From: Verrucomicrobiota bacterium | Lineage (GTDB): Bacteria; Verrucomicrobiota; Verrucomicrobiia; Limisphaerales; AAA164-E04 | Assembly (NCBI GenBank): GCA_047947115.1 | Contig: CP170459.1 | Coordinates: 5,088,001-5,152,000, forward strand | DNA: 64,000 nt | Direction: 5' to 3' | In this document: positions 21,333 through 31,265 of the stretch, in pieces | How the letters are laid out: every line of letters begins with the position of its first letter | Numbering within the stretch: position 1 is the stretch's first letter | Notes under the pieces: generated by a model | Told to the model about the DNA's origin: nothing | Databases searched by the model: none | Seen by the model: only the letters and a program-made list of their open reading frames with translations | Translations under genes and position numbers: made by a program

Positions 21333-21508
21333 GACCATACTTTGTCCCGGGGCTATCGTCAATAAGGTGTCTCCAAAAAGTGATTCCACAACAGAACTCC
21401 TGTCCCTGTCATCATCCTTCAAGTGAGGAACTGTCTCAGCATTAAATTGGGAATGGATCGACATTTACTTTCACCGTCGGCAATGGCAGGATTGTTCTCA
21501 TTGTTATT

Positions 21509-24500
21509 ATGAGTTTCAGAAGGAAAAACCGAATTCGGACATTCATCATCATGGGTGTCAGTGTTGCTTTTCATGTCTCGTTTTTATCGGGAGGTCTAGG
21601 CGCTGTGGAATTCGGACGGGATGTGTTGCCGATATTTTCAGAAAAATGTTTCCAGTGCCACGGTCCGGATGAAAAGAATCGTAAGGCCGATCTGCGTCTG
21701 GACACCATGGAAGGAGCAACCAGGGATCTGGGAGGGTATGCTGCGGTGGTCCCTGGTAATCCCGGGCAAAGCACGCTGATCGATCGTATCGAGCATGTTG
21801 ATCCCGACGAAATCATGCCGCCGCCGGATTCGGAGCTTTTTTTGAATGCGAAGGAAAAGCGCCTCCTTCGCGAATGGATCGAAATGGGGGCTCCATTTGA
21901 AGATCACTGGGCCTTTCTCCCTCCACAAAAGTTGACTCTGCCGAATTCAGGACATCCGATGGATGCTATCGTCGCAGCTCGTTTGGATCGTGAGGGTTTA
22001 TCTTTTTCACCTCCGGCAAGCGCCGAGATACTATGCCGACGTCTCTATCTGGATATCATCGGAATTCCTCCAACACCCACGGAAGTCGATGCATTTGTGG
22101 CGGCAGAGAAGGTAAATCGTGACCAGGCAGTCAAGGACCTCAGCAACCGCTTGCAGAACAGCGCTCAATTTGGCGAACGTTGGGCGCGTCCCTGGTTGGA
22201 TGTTGCCCGGTATGCGGACAGCAATGGTTTCGAAAAAGATCTGGCCCGCGAACAGTGGGCATGGCGCGATTGGGTGATTCAGGCCATCAATAATGACAAA
22301 CCTTACAATGCATTCCTGATTGAACAAATCGCCGGCGATCTCTTGCCGGACGCCACACAGGATCAAATCATCGCAACCGGTTTCTTGCGCAACGGGATGG
22401 TCAATGAAGAAGGCGCGATTGTGCCGGAGCAATTCCGCATTGAAGGCCTTTTCGATCGTATGGATTGTATAGGCAAAGCGGTGCTGGGACTTTCATTGCA
22501 GTGCGCCCAATGTCATTCCCATAAATTCGACCCCATCACCCAGGACGAATATTATGGCATGTTCGCTTTTCTTAACAATACGCATGAAGCTCAATCCTGG
22601 GTTTATTCGAAGAAGCAATTGGACCAGATCCAACACATCCAATCAAAGGTCGAAGATCTGGAGAACAAAATCCGATCGGTGCACCCGGATTGGAAAACGG
22701 AAATCACCCATTGGGAAGCATCGCTACAGGCAAATCACCCCAAGTGGCAGACTCTCGATTTTCACGAACACGTCTGGGAAGGCGGTTTGAATCATCCGAC
22801 CCAACTCCCCGGTCACAGCATATTGGTATTGGGCCACCCCACAGTGGGCGGAAGCATGTATTTGGTTGCCCGTACTGGTGAAACCACAGTGACAGAGTTG
22901 AGACTGGAAGCGTTGCAACATGGCGACCATCCCTTTGGAGGTCCCGGCCGCGGTAGGAAGGGATTGTTCTCGATTGGTGAATTGGAAATCTATCAACGGG
23001 CCTCCGCCGAGGCCGATTGGGAAAAAGTGGCATTGAAGGGAGCCCGAGCTGACTTCGCCACCGAAGAACGTGCGATCAGCCATGAAGCCGAAAAGGAAAA
23101 ACGGTCCCTCATCGGCCCTGCCGCTTTCATGATCGACGGGAATACCAAGACAGGCTGGATGCCCGACAGAGGTCCCGTCTTGCGACATACTGATTCTGTG
23201 GCCGTGGTAACCTTGTCGTCCCCACTGAAGCTCACCGCTGAAAGTGAATTGAAGATTCGGTTACAATTACACCAAGGCGAATCAGCAGACGGTCGGGACA
23301 ATCTGCAATTGGGGCGGGTGCGCTGTTCCATAACGGACACCCCTCCATCCGATGCACCTCTGCCAGATCATGCCGCCTGGCTGGCCATGGAAAAACCAAT
23401 CGCAGAACGCACCCAAGCTGACTTCCGGGTAATTTTCAGGGCCTGGCGCAATAGTCTGGAGGATTGCTCTGAAATCAACACCGAAATCGTTTCACTGGAA
23501 CAAACCTATCCCGAAGCGGAAACCAGCGTACTGAGTCTAGCCGAACCTCCGACTGACCTGCAGCGTGTCACCTATTTTCTGGATCGAGGAGGCTGGAACC
23601 GCCCACGTCATGTGGTGGAGCCTCATGTTCCGACTGCTTTGCATGCGACCCACAACACGCCAAAAACACGCCTCGACTTCGCCCGTTGGCTCGCCAGCGA
23701 TGCGTCCCCTCTGACTGCGAGAGTGCAGGTCAACCGAGTTTGGCAATCCATCTTTGGCGTCGGACTGGTGGAAACCGCCGAAGATTTTGGCACCCGAGCG
23801 CCACGCCCGGAACATCAGGCGCTGCTCGATTGGCTGGCTGTGGATTTCATGGAAAAGGGATGGAGTCTCAAATCACTGATTCGCACCATCGTTTCAAGTC
23901 AGGTTTATCAACAGGATTCCAAATGCCCCCCCGAGCTCGCCGAGCGGGATCCACAGAATCGTTTACTGGCGCGTGGCCCACGCTTTCGAATGGATGCCGA
24001 ATCCATCCGGGACACGGCACTCTCGATCTCGGGATTGCTGCATGAACGCATCGGTGGAGCGAGCTTTCATCCTCCGGTGCCTCAAAGCATGCTGGACTAC
24101 AATTATTTCAAAGTGGACTGGCATGAAGCCCAAGCCCCGGAGCGATATCGACGTTCTCTTTACATGTTTCGGAAGCGATCCATGCCCGATCCGGTCTTAA
24201 CCACTTTTGACGCCCCTAACGGCGATTTCGCCTGCGCAAGACGCATGCGGTCGAACACCCCGTTGGCAGCCTTGACACCGCTCAACGAACCGGTCTTTGT
24301 GGAAGCATCGCGCGCATTGTCACTCAGAATTTTGAAAGAAGGCGGAACAACGGATGCATCGCGCGCCGATTACGGATTCCGGCTTTGCACCGGACGTTCG
24401 AGCACAGCTTCGGAAAGGGAAGCCTTGTTGTCCCTGATTGAGAAGCAACGCTCCCGGCTGGCGGACGGTTGGTTGTCAATAGACCAGATCGGATTCGGCG

Positions 24501-24613
24501 GTGACGACAAGAGAACTGAACTCCCCGAAGGAACGACACCGCAAGACGCAGCAGCCTGGACCATCGCCGCCCGGGTACTTCTGAACATGGATGCCACTCT
24601 CACCAAATTTTGA
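21509..24613 (+). CDS. Planctomycete-type cytochrome c / DUF1549 / DUF1553 protein
   Basis: FGRDVLPIFSEKCFQCHG, HWAF, RRLYLDIIGIPP, WLDVARYADS, CAQCHSHKFDP, LTARVQVNRVWQ, LLDWLA, RRSLY, NTPLAAL. Confidence 0.93.
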   Translation: MSFRRKNRIRTFIIMGVSVAFHVSFLSGGLGAVEFGRDVLPIFSEKCFQCHGPDEKNRKADLRLDTMEGATRDLGGYAAVVPGNPGQSTLIDRIEHVDPDEIMPPPDSELFLNAKEKRLLREWIEMGAPFEDHWAFLPPQKLTLPNSGHPMDAIVAARLDREGLSFSPPASAEILCRRLYLDIIGIPPTPTEVDAFVAAEKVNRDQAVKDLSNRLQNSAQFGERWARPWLDVARYADSNGFEKDLAREQWAWRDWVIQAINNDKPYNAFLIEQIAGDLLPDATQDQIIATGFLRNGMVNEEGAIVPEQFRIEGLFDRMDCIGKAVLGLSLQCAQCHSHKFDPITQDEYYGMFAFLNNTHEAQSWVYSKKQLDQIQHIQSKVEDLENKIRSVHPDWKTEITHWEASLQANHPKWQTLDFHEHVWEGGLNHPTQLPGHSILVLGHPTVGGSMYLVARTGETTVTELRLEALQHGDHPFGGPGRGRKGLFSIGELEIYQRASAEADWEKVALKGARADFATEERAISHEAEKEKRSLIGPAAFMIDGNTKTGWMPDRGPVLRHTDSVAVVTLSSPLKLTAESELKIRLQLHQGESADGRDNLQLGRVRCSITDTPPSDAPLPDHAAWLAMEKPIAERTQADFRVIFRAWRNSLEDCSEINTEIVSLEQTYPEAETSVLSLAEPPTDLQRVTYFLDRGGWNRPRHVVEPHVPTALHATHNTPKTRLDFARWLASDASPLTARVQVNRVWQSIFGVGLVETAEDFGTRAPRPEHQALLDWLAVDFMEKGWSLKSLIRTIVSSQVYQQDSKCPPELAERDPQNRLLARGPRFRMDAESIRDTALSISGLLHERIGGASFHPPVPQSMLDYNYFKVDWHEAQAPERYRRSLYMFRKRSMPDPVLTTFDAPNGDFACARRMRSNTPLAALTPLNEPVFVEASRALSLRILKEGGTTDASRADYGFRLCTGRSSTASEREALLSLIEKQRSRLADGWLSIDQIGFGGDDKRTELPEGTTPQDAAAWTIAARVLLNMDATLTKF

Positions 24614-26031
24614 AAGCAACTGACATGACTTCTAAGGACATGATACGAAACGAATTCGCAAAAGGTGTGACCCGCCGGTGGTTTTTAAGGGATTGCGGCG
24701 TCGGCATCGGAGCCACCGCCTTCACTTCGTTGCTCGCTCAGGACCAACTTCTCAAGGGTGGAAGAACGCACTTCCCGCCCAAGATCAAGCGCGTGGTTTA
24801 TCTGTTTCACGCGGGCGCCCCAAGTCATCTGGAACTCTTCGACCCCAAACCGGAATTGACCAAACGGGACGGACAACTGCCACCCTCGGAATTGTTGAAA
24901 GATTACCGAGCCGCGTTCATCAATCCGAACTCAAAACTACTGGGGCCCAAATTCACCTTCAGCCCCCACGGCCAAAGCGGCATCGAATTGAGCGACATGT
25001 TGCCGCATACATCGCAATTGACGGATGACATGTGCCTGATTCGATCCATGCACACCGAAGCCGTGAACCATGCCCCGGCTCAGATCATGCTCAACACAGG
25101 GTCCCAGCAATTCGGACGCCCCAGCCTGGGAGCATGGATGTTATATGGACTCGGAAGCCAAAGCCGTAACCTGCCGGGCTACGTCGTCCTGACCAGCGCC
25201 AAAGGCACCAGCGGCGGAGCGAGCAACTACGGCAGCGGGTTTCTTCCCACCGAGTATGGCGGCATTCCATTTCGCGGCACGGGGGATCCGGTGCTTTACC
25301 TTTCCAACCCCAAAGGATATGACTCCAAGGCCCAAAGAGATTCCCTGGATACCTTGAACGAGCTGAACCAAATTGGTTTTGAACAATCTCCGGATCCGGA
25401 AATCACCGCGCGTATCCAGGCCTACGAGACGGCTTACCGCCTGCAGACAAGCGCCCCCGAACTGATGGATCTAAAACAGGAATCACAGGAAACTTTCGAC
25501 CTCTATGGCATCAAAAACCCACAACAATCAAACTACGCACGCAACTGCCTGTTGGCTCGACGGCTGCTCGAACGGGGTGTCAGTTTCGTGCAACTGTTCC
25601 ATGAAGCATGGGATCAACACGGCAATCTGACCAAGGACATCCAGAAGAACTGTCAGGAAACGGATCAAGGCACCGCAGCCCTGCTCATCGATCTCAAGCG
25701 TCGAGGCATGCTCGATGACACGTTGGTGATCTGGGGTGGTGAATTCGGTCGCACTCCCATGGTCCAAGGCGGCAACGACGGTCGCGACCATCACAATCGA
25801 TGTTTCTCCATGTGGCTTGCCGGCGGTGGAGTGAAAAAAGGATTCGTTTACGGAGAAACCGACGAACTTGGATTCAACATCGCCCGAGACCCGGTACACG
25901 TCCACGACCTCAATGCCACCCTGCTCCACCTGCTCGGATTCAACCACGAACGACTGACCTACCGCTACCAGGGACGGGACTTCAGACTGACCGATGTGCA
26001 CGGGAAAGTGCTGAATCAAATTCTCGTTTAG
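24610..26031 (+). CDS. DUF1501 domain protein (Tat-exported)
   Basis: TRRWFL Tat motif, GAPSHLELFDPKP, NHAPA, CLLARRLLERGV, WDQH, WGGEFGRTP, GRDHH. Start TTG 24610 or ATG 24625. Confidence 0.93.
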   Translation: MKATDMTSKDMIRNEFAKGVTRRWFLRDCGVGIGATAFTSLLAQDQLLKGGRTHFPPKIKRVVYLFHAGAPSHLELFDPKPELTKRDGQLPPSELLKDYRAAFINPNSKLLGPKFTFSPHGQSGIELSDMLPHTSQLTDDMCLIRSMHTEAVNHAPAQIMLNTGSQQFGRPSLGAWMLYGLGSQSRNLPGYVVLTSAKGTSGGASNYGSGFLPTEYGGIPFRGTGDPVLYLSNPKGYDSKAQRDSLDTLNELNQIGFEQSPDPEITARIQAYETAYRLQTSAPELMDLKQESQETFDLYGIKNPQQSNYARNCLLARRLLERGVSFVQLFHEAWDQHGNLTKDIQKNCQETDQGTAALLIDLKRRGMLDDTLVIWGGEFGRTPMVQGGNDGRDHHNRCFSMWLAGGGVKKGFVYGETDELGFNIARDPVHVHDLNATLLHLLGFNHERLTYRYQGRDFRLTDVHGKVLNQILV

Positions 26032-26272
26032 TTCCCTTAAAAAGTGTGCTCAACGGCCTACATGGTACCTTCTGGCGAAGGCACCCACATAGATAGATTG
26101 TGACGTCACGCCGGGCCCCGGTGGCTTCTTTCCCTTTCTTTAGTCGTCATTATGGAAAGCCATGATTGTTGAATCACCCAAAACCATTTACCATGATGCC
26201 ATCGAATGAGAAGAAGGGACGCATGCAAACAAAAAGCTCCCCTCCCCTCAACCCCAAAGGGATAAAGCGAAC

Positions 26273-27034
26273 ATGACACCATCCGATTCAGAACTGTTGG
26301 AAGCAATGGAAACCGAAGGTTTCGTATTCTTGCCTAAGTTTTTAAATAGCGAAGCATTGACAGAGTTGACCGCGCACGTGGATAGATTCATCCGTGACGT
26401 CGTTCCTACATTGCGGCCTGAGCAGGTTTTCTATGAGGATAAGTCGAATCCAGAAACGCCGAAGCAAATCCAACACATGAACACCCACGATCTCTGGTTT
26501 CATGATTTGTTCACGAACAGTCGTTTTCAAGAGCTGGCCGAAGTCCTTCTTAAAGGACCTGTAGTGCCCAAAAACATGCAGTATTTCAACAAACCACCAG
26601 GAGTGGGCCAGCCCACACCGCCGCATCAGGACGGTTATTACTTCATGCTCAATCCATGTGAAGCGATCACCATGTGGTTTGCGCTCGATGTTGTGGATGA
26701 GGAAAACGGCTGTGTGCGTTATGTTCCGGGTTCACATCGTCATGGTATGCGTGAGCATTCCCGCACGCAGACGCTTGGGTTCAGTCAAGGTATCACGGAC
26801 TACCCAACAGATCAGGACCGCAAGGGCGAAGTAACCTGCCCAGCCCAACCCGGCGACTTGCTCGTTCATGATGCTTTGACCATTCATCGCGCCGACGCAA
26901 ACCGTTCATGCACACGATCCCGCCGGGCCTTGGGTTTCATCTATTACAGTGAACGCGCCCGGGAAGACAGGGAAGCTCACACCAGGTATCAACGGAGACT
27001 CGCTGAAGACTTGAAATCTCAGGGAAAAATCTGA
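26273..27034 (+). CDS. Phytanoyl-CoA dioxygenase (PhyH) family Fe(II)/2OG dioxygenase
   Basis: FNKPPG, TPPHQD, WFALD..DEENGC..YVPGSH, PGD..VH...IH, RRA. Confidence 0.9.
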   Translation: MTPSDSELLEAMETEGFVFLPKFLNSEALTELTAHVDRFIRDVVPTLRPEQVFYEDKSNPETPKQIQHMNTHDLWFHDLFTNSRFQELAEVLLKGPVVPKNMQYFNKPPGVGQPTPPHQDGYYFMLNPCEAITMWFALDVVDEENGCVRYVPGSHRHGMREHSRTQTLGFSQGITDYPTDQDRKGEVTCPAQPGDLLVHDALTIHRADANRSCTRSRRALGFIYYSERAREDREAHTRYQRRLAEDLKSQGKI

Positions 27035-27074
27035 AACTGGAGCAAACGCCAATCATTCACTGAAAAAATTGATC

Positions 27075-28232
27075 ATGAGACTTCGCCAAATGAACATCGC
27101 CGCTCTGTTACTGACATTAACCTGCCTTTCTAAGCCACTTGCTGCAGCAGAGATTCCCATCGAAGGCAACCAGGCTCCTTTCCTTGGCGAACCCGAATTG
27201 AGCATCCTGCCGGTGTTCGAAGAGGGTCGGTTTCCCAATATCGTCATCACGACAAGGGGAACGGTTCTGGCCACCTGGGGAAATGATCACATCCGTGCAC
27301 GGCGCAGTGAGGATGGCGGCCGCACATGGGGTAAGGAAATCACTATCGCCCAATCAGGCATCCATGGTGGCGGCACGACCGTCGATGAAACAACGGGAGA
27401 CATCCTTGCCTTCGTTGAAGCAACGCACCCGCCTGCACCATTGACGCTCTATCGTAGTAAAGACGACGGCAAAAGTTGGCAGGCAGAAGAAATCACGATC
27501 CATCCTGACAACAATGGCAAAATGCCATCCATGCACATGAATGAACATGGCATCACGCTTCTTCACGGGGAGCACAAAGGCCGTTTACTGAGAGCCTCAC
27601 GCAACTATGGTAAAGGAAACCGCCCCGCGAGCCTTTTTCCTACGCACTATACCAATGCCATCTACAGCGATGATGGCGGCAAGACCTGGAACACCAGCCA
27701 TCCTTTTTCCGAATACGGAACCGGCGAAGCAACCATCGCCGAACTATCCGACGGCCGCGTGTATTACAACTCACGTCGTCACTGGGCGCCCGAAGGAAAA
27801 AGTCCGCTCCGGCGATGGACCGCCTGGAGTAAGGACGGTGGAGCGACATGGAGTAAGGCGAGCATTTGCGAAGTCCTGCCGGACGGACCACAAGACACGA
27901 GCTACGGTTGCATGGGCGGACTGGTCCGGCTTCCGATCAAGGGCAAGGACATCCTGATCTACAGCAATTGTGACAGCCCCAAAGGAAGAACGCATGGAAC
28001 GGTCTGGGCGAGCTTTGACGGCGGAAATTCCTGGCCGGTGAAGCGTCTCGTTCACGAAGGCAGCTTCGCCTATTCGTCCATCACTGCAGGCCGGCCTGAA
28101 ACTCCGAGCGAAGGGAACATCTATTTGCATTTCGAAAGCGGCGGGTCAAAGGTGGCACGATTCAATCTCAGTTGGATTCTGGGAGGCACGAAAACAAACG
28201 ACGGCCAAGTACCTCATGATCTGAATCGATAA
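27075..28232 (+). CDS. Sialidase-family (GH33-like) BNR/Asp-box protein, secreted
   Basis: Signal peptide, RFP motif, five Asp boxes (SEDGGRTW, SKDDGKSW, SDDGGKTW, SKDGGATW, SFDGGNSW), FAYSS. Confidence 0.88.
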   Translation: MRLRQMNIAALLLTLTCLSKPLAAAEIPIEGNQAPFLGEPELSILPVFEEGRFPNIVITTRGTVLATWGNDHIRARRSEDGGRTWGKEITIAQSGIHGGGTTVDETTGDILAFVEATHPPAPLTLYRSKDDGKSWQAEEITIHPDNNGKMPSMHMNEHGITLLHGEHKGRLLRASRNYGKGNRPASLFPTHYTNAIYSDDGGKTWNTSHPFSEYGTGEATIAELSDGRVYYNSRRHWAPEGKSPLRRWTAWSKDGGATWSKASICEVLPDGPQDTSYGCMGGLVRLPIKGKDILIYSNCDSPKGRTHGTVWASFDGGNSWPVKRLVHEGSFAYSSITAGRPETPSEGNIYLHFESGGSKVARFNLSWILGGTKTNDGQVPHDLNR

Positions 28233-28358
28233 GAAAAGGAAGGCACACAAGGTAAGTTCATTTTCAAAACAAAGTCACGCACCTTCAATGCGGTTCATTG
28301 GGCCAATGGTCTTTCATCTCTCCCAAGACTTTTTGATCAGCGTCAGGCATGCATCTGG

Positions 28359-29396
28359 TCAAGTCGGGCGTTTCCTTAGAATGACGCGGTGAAGTTGATC
28401 ATTGATGGATATGATGAAGGCGGCGGAATGAAGCGGACTGCGTGGATCTTTCCTGTCCTCCTCAAACATCAAGGCCATAAAGTCCACCAGATGATCCAGC
28501 TGGTCAAAATCAATACGAACAATCGGGTTCATGGTGCCGTTTTTCTCCAGATATATCCAACCCGACTCCTTCGGCACCAACAGTCCAATGTGATCAACAC
28601 CGATATATTTACCGCGAAGATCCACAAAATGGCACAAGACCACTTTCAACTTCTCCGAGAACACCAGTCCATCTCTCTTCCACCATTCCTTTTTTCTCTC
28701 AAACAATTGAGTCAAGGACATTTCAGTATTCGCGTAATGGGCCGGCATGGCACGTGTGACTCGTAGACTAAGCGCCAGATTCAATTCATTCGTCGAACGG
28801 GACTCCAGTCCTGTCAACATTGAATAATTCGCGTGAGGCGACAAAAAATTTTCCCCAGATGCCATGCCTGGTAATTCCAGAGTTAAAGATTTAAAATACT
28901 TCACTCCTCCTTTTGAAAAAAGTTCCAGGCGACGAAGATGCTTCGTGGCAAAATGTTCCATCGTCTGATCAGCGAAAACCGGTCCTTCCCTGAGCAATAA
29001 AAGAGCCTGATCAAAACAAGTCAGCGCATGGTGATTGGGACGGGTTTGCCAATGGACCAAACCGGAATAACCGGGAGCCCCCTTGGCATACAACTGAGCA
29101 GGAACATCAAATGCGAACACATCCGCCCCATCGGGACGAGCCTCGACATCAGGATGGATCTGCAATCGGAGTTGCTGCCTTTTGATCAGATTATGAAATC
29201 CCTTGAGAGCAATATCACCACAACCGGCGGCCTTCAGGTGCTCCAGAGTGTCCTGCACCATGTCGGGTTGATTCAGAAAGCTGAGCCGGATAGGTGATTC
29301 CGCATGCACAACACACGACAAGAAAGACCATTGCAGCAACAAGACACACAAACCAAGCCTGTTGCGACATCCAAATCCCATCCAGTTCCTTTGCAT
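28359..29396 (-). CDS. Secreted protein resembling DUF4300
   Basis: Signal peptide ...VVHA; LTCF, DHIGLLVP, WIYLEK..P, ISIND resemble DUF4300 motif spacing as recalled. Start 29396 or 29411. Confidence 0.6.
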   Translation of the reverse strand: MQRNWMGFGCRNRLGLCVLLLQWSFLSCVVHAESPIRLSFLNQPDMVQDTLEHLKAAGCGDIALKGFHNLIKRQQLRLQIHPDVEARPDGADVFAFDVPAQLYAKGAPGYSGLVHWQTRPNHHALTCFDQALLLLREGPVFADQTMEHFATKHLRRLELFSKGGVKYFKSLTLELPGMASGENFLSPHANYSMLTGLESRSTNELNLALSLRVTRAMPAHYANTEMSLTQLFERKKEWWKRDGLVFSEKLKVVLCHFVDLRGKYIGVDHIGLLVPKESGWIYLEKNGTMNPIVRIDFDQLDHLVDFMALMFEEDRKDPRSPLHSAAFIISINDQLHRVILRKRPT

Positions 29397-29538
29397 CAAA
29401 TAGGGCTTCAAAATAAGTCAATAAGTTCCCTGACATGACGGTTTGAAAAGGAGATGAGTTACAGAGAACCTGAATCATTCTGCCATCGCGATAAAAAAGA
29501 GACATTTACAATGGAATCCCAACTGACAGAATGTCTCT

Positions 29539-30573
29539 ATGCAACAGATGACGCTGAATAGACGTTCCATGCTTCTCGGCAGTTTGGGCATCGGGTTGTC
29601 TCATGCTTTGACCAGGGTTCCTGGTCAGGCTCAAGCCACCCCGAAAATGGTTCAAACGGTGATGGGGCCTATCGAAGCGAAAGAACACGGTGTGGCCCTG
29701 CCGCATGAACATATCTTGTGCGATTTCATCGGGGCAGCATCCACCGGCCCCCATCGATGGGATCAGGAGGAAGTCTTTCAACGCATGCTTGTTTACCTGC
29801 AGGAACTTAAGGAAGCGGGCGCTTCCACATTTTACGACTGTACCCCAGCCTACATTGGCCGCGACCCTGTTCTTTTAAAACGACTTTCCTCAATCACCGG
29901 CTTGCACGTGATCACCAACACCGGATTTTACGGCGGCGCCATGGACAAGTATGTCCCAGATTTCGCATACAAATTGAACATGAATGACATGGCTGACTTG
30001 TGGATCAAGGAGTTTGAGCATGGCATCGGAGATACCGGTATTCGTCCTGGGTTCATCAAAATTGGAGTCGATTCCATCGAAACCGAATCGTCACCATTGT
30101 CCAAGATCGATTCCATCATCGTTCAAGCAGCCGCCCAGGTTTCTGTAAAAACAAATTTAAGCGTCACCTGCCATACAGGAGGAGGCTTTGCGGGACTGGC
30201 GGCGCTACGCTTGTTCATGGATCATGGTGGCGCCGCTTCCAGGTTTATCGTGGCACATGCAGACAGCCACGGATTACCTATCAATCGCAAAGTTGCCGAT
30301 CTGGACGGATGGGTTTCTTACGACGCCATCGGTCGGCGCCCTCTCAAACAACACCTCGAGACGGTGCCTCAAATGCTGTCCCACCGGGCGGATCGACTTT
30401 TGTTGTCTCAAGATAACGGCTGGTATTCGGCAGGAGAGGACCAGGGCGGAGACGTCCGTGGCTATATTGATCTTTTAAAAACCTTTTTGCCTGCCCTGGA
30501 AAAATCAGGTGCTCCCTCAGAGCAAATCCAGCAATTGATTCGCCACAACACCTGGAATGCCTTCGCAAGTTGA
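29539..30573 (+). CDS. Phosphotriesterase-related amidohydrolase with Tat signal
   Basis: NRRSML Tat motif; VQTVMGPI, PHEH, DCTP..GRD, TNTGFY, GFIKIG, CHTG, AHAD, LSQD. Confidence 0.92.
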   Translation: MQQMTLNRRSMLLGSLGIGLSHALTRVPGQAQATPKMVQTVMGPIEAKEHGVALPHEHILCDFIGAASTGPHRWDQEEVFQRMLVYLQELKEAGASTFYDCTPAYIGRDPVLLKRLSSITGLHVITNTGFYGGAMDKYVPDFAYKLNMNDMADLWIKEFEHGIGDTGIRPGFIKIGVDSIETESSPLSKIDSIIVQAAAQVSVKTNLSVTCHTGGGFAGLAALRLFMDHGGAASRFIVAHADSHGLPINRKVADLDGWVSYDAIGRRPLKQHLETVPQMLSHRADRLLLSQDNGWYSAGEDQGGDVRGYIDLLKTFLPALEKSGAPSEQIQQLIRHNTWNAFAS

Positions 30574-30588
30574 ACGAATTCCTCAGCA

Positions 30589-31200
30589 ATGGATCTTTTT
30601 CGTCGATCATTTGAACAACCCGAAAACCTTCTCCCAAAGGATGGGATCGTCAAATATTACGGTGCCATTTTATCCTGGGAATCTGCAGATGAATATTTCA
30701 AACGGTTGTTGAAATCCATCGATTGGAATCATGACGAAGTCATAATCGCAGGAAAACGTCTGACCACAAAAAGAAAAGTCGCCTGGCATGGAGATCATCC
30801 ATTTGCATACAGCTATTCAGGGACCAGCAAGACGGCGCAAGCATGGACCACGGAACTCCTGGAGCTCAAATCCCTGGTGGAAGAAAAGTCTGGTGAAACG
30901 TTCAACTCATGCCTTCTGAACCTGTACCACGACGGGAGCGAAGGCATGTCCTGGCACAGCGATGCGGAAAAGGCCCTAAAAAAGAATGGGGCCATCGGCT
31001 CGTTGAGTCTTGGAGCTGAACGAAAGTTTTCCTTCAAACACAAGACCACCAAAGAGACCACGTCCATGATGTTGGAACATGGCAGCTTTCTGATCATGCA
31101 GGGCACCACCCAAACCTTCTGGCAACACTGCCTCCCCCCCACCAAAAAAGTGAACGCCCCCAGAATCAACTTAACGTTCCGATCCTTCGTTGGCCTTTGA
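30589..31200 (+). CDS. AlkB-family alpha-ketoglutarate-dependent dioxygenase (ALKBH2/3-like)
   Basis: FNSCLLNLY.DG, WHSD.E, SLSLGAER, WQH, RINLTFR. Confidence 0.93.
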   Translation: MDLFRRSFEQPENLLPKDGIVKYYGAILSWESADEYFKRLLKSIDWNHDEVIIAGKRLTTKRKVAWHGDHPFAYSYSGTSKTAQAWTTELLELKSLVEEKSGETFNSCLLNLYHDGSEGMSWHSDAEKALKKNGAIGSLSLGAERKFSFKHKTTKETTSMMLEHGSFLIMQGTTQTFWQHCLPPTKKVNAPRINLTFRSFVGL

Positions 31201-31265
31201 TTCCCTCATTCTCTCCGACCCCAATTCTTCTCGACAGCTTTCCGCTGATCTTTAAAAAATGAGGC

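Noticed and set aside
21484..21498. Sigma54 promoter-like TGGCAGG...TTCT
   Set aside because: The -12 GC element is missing and the site is too close to the start codon to support.
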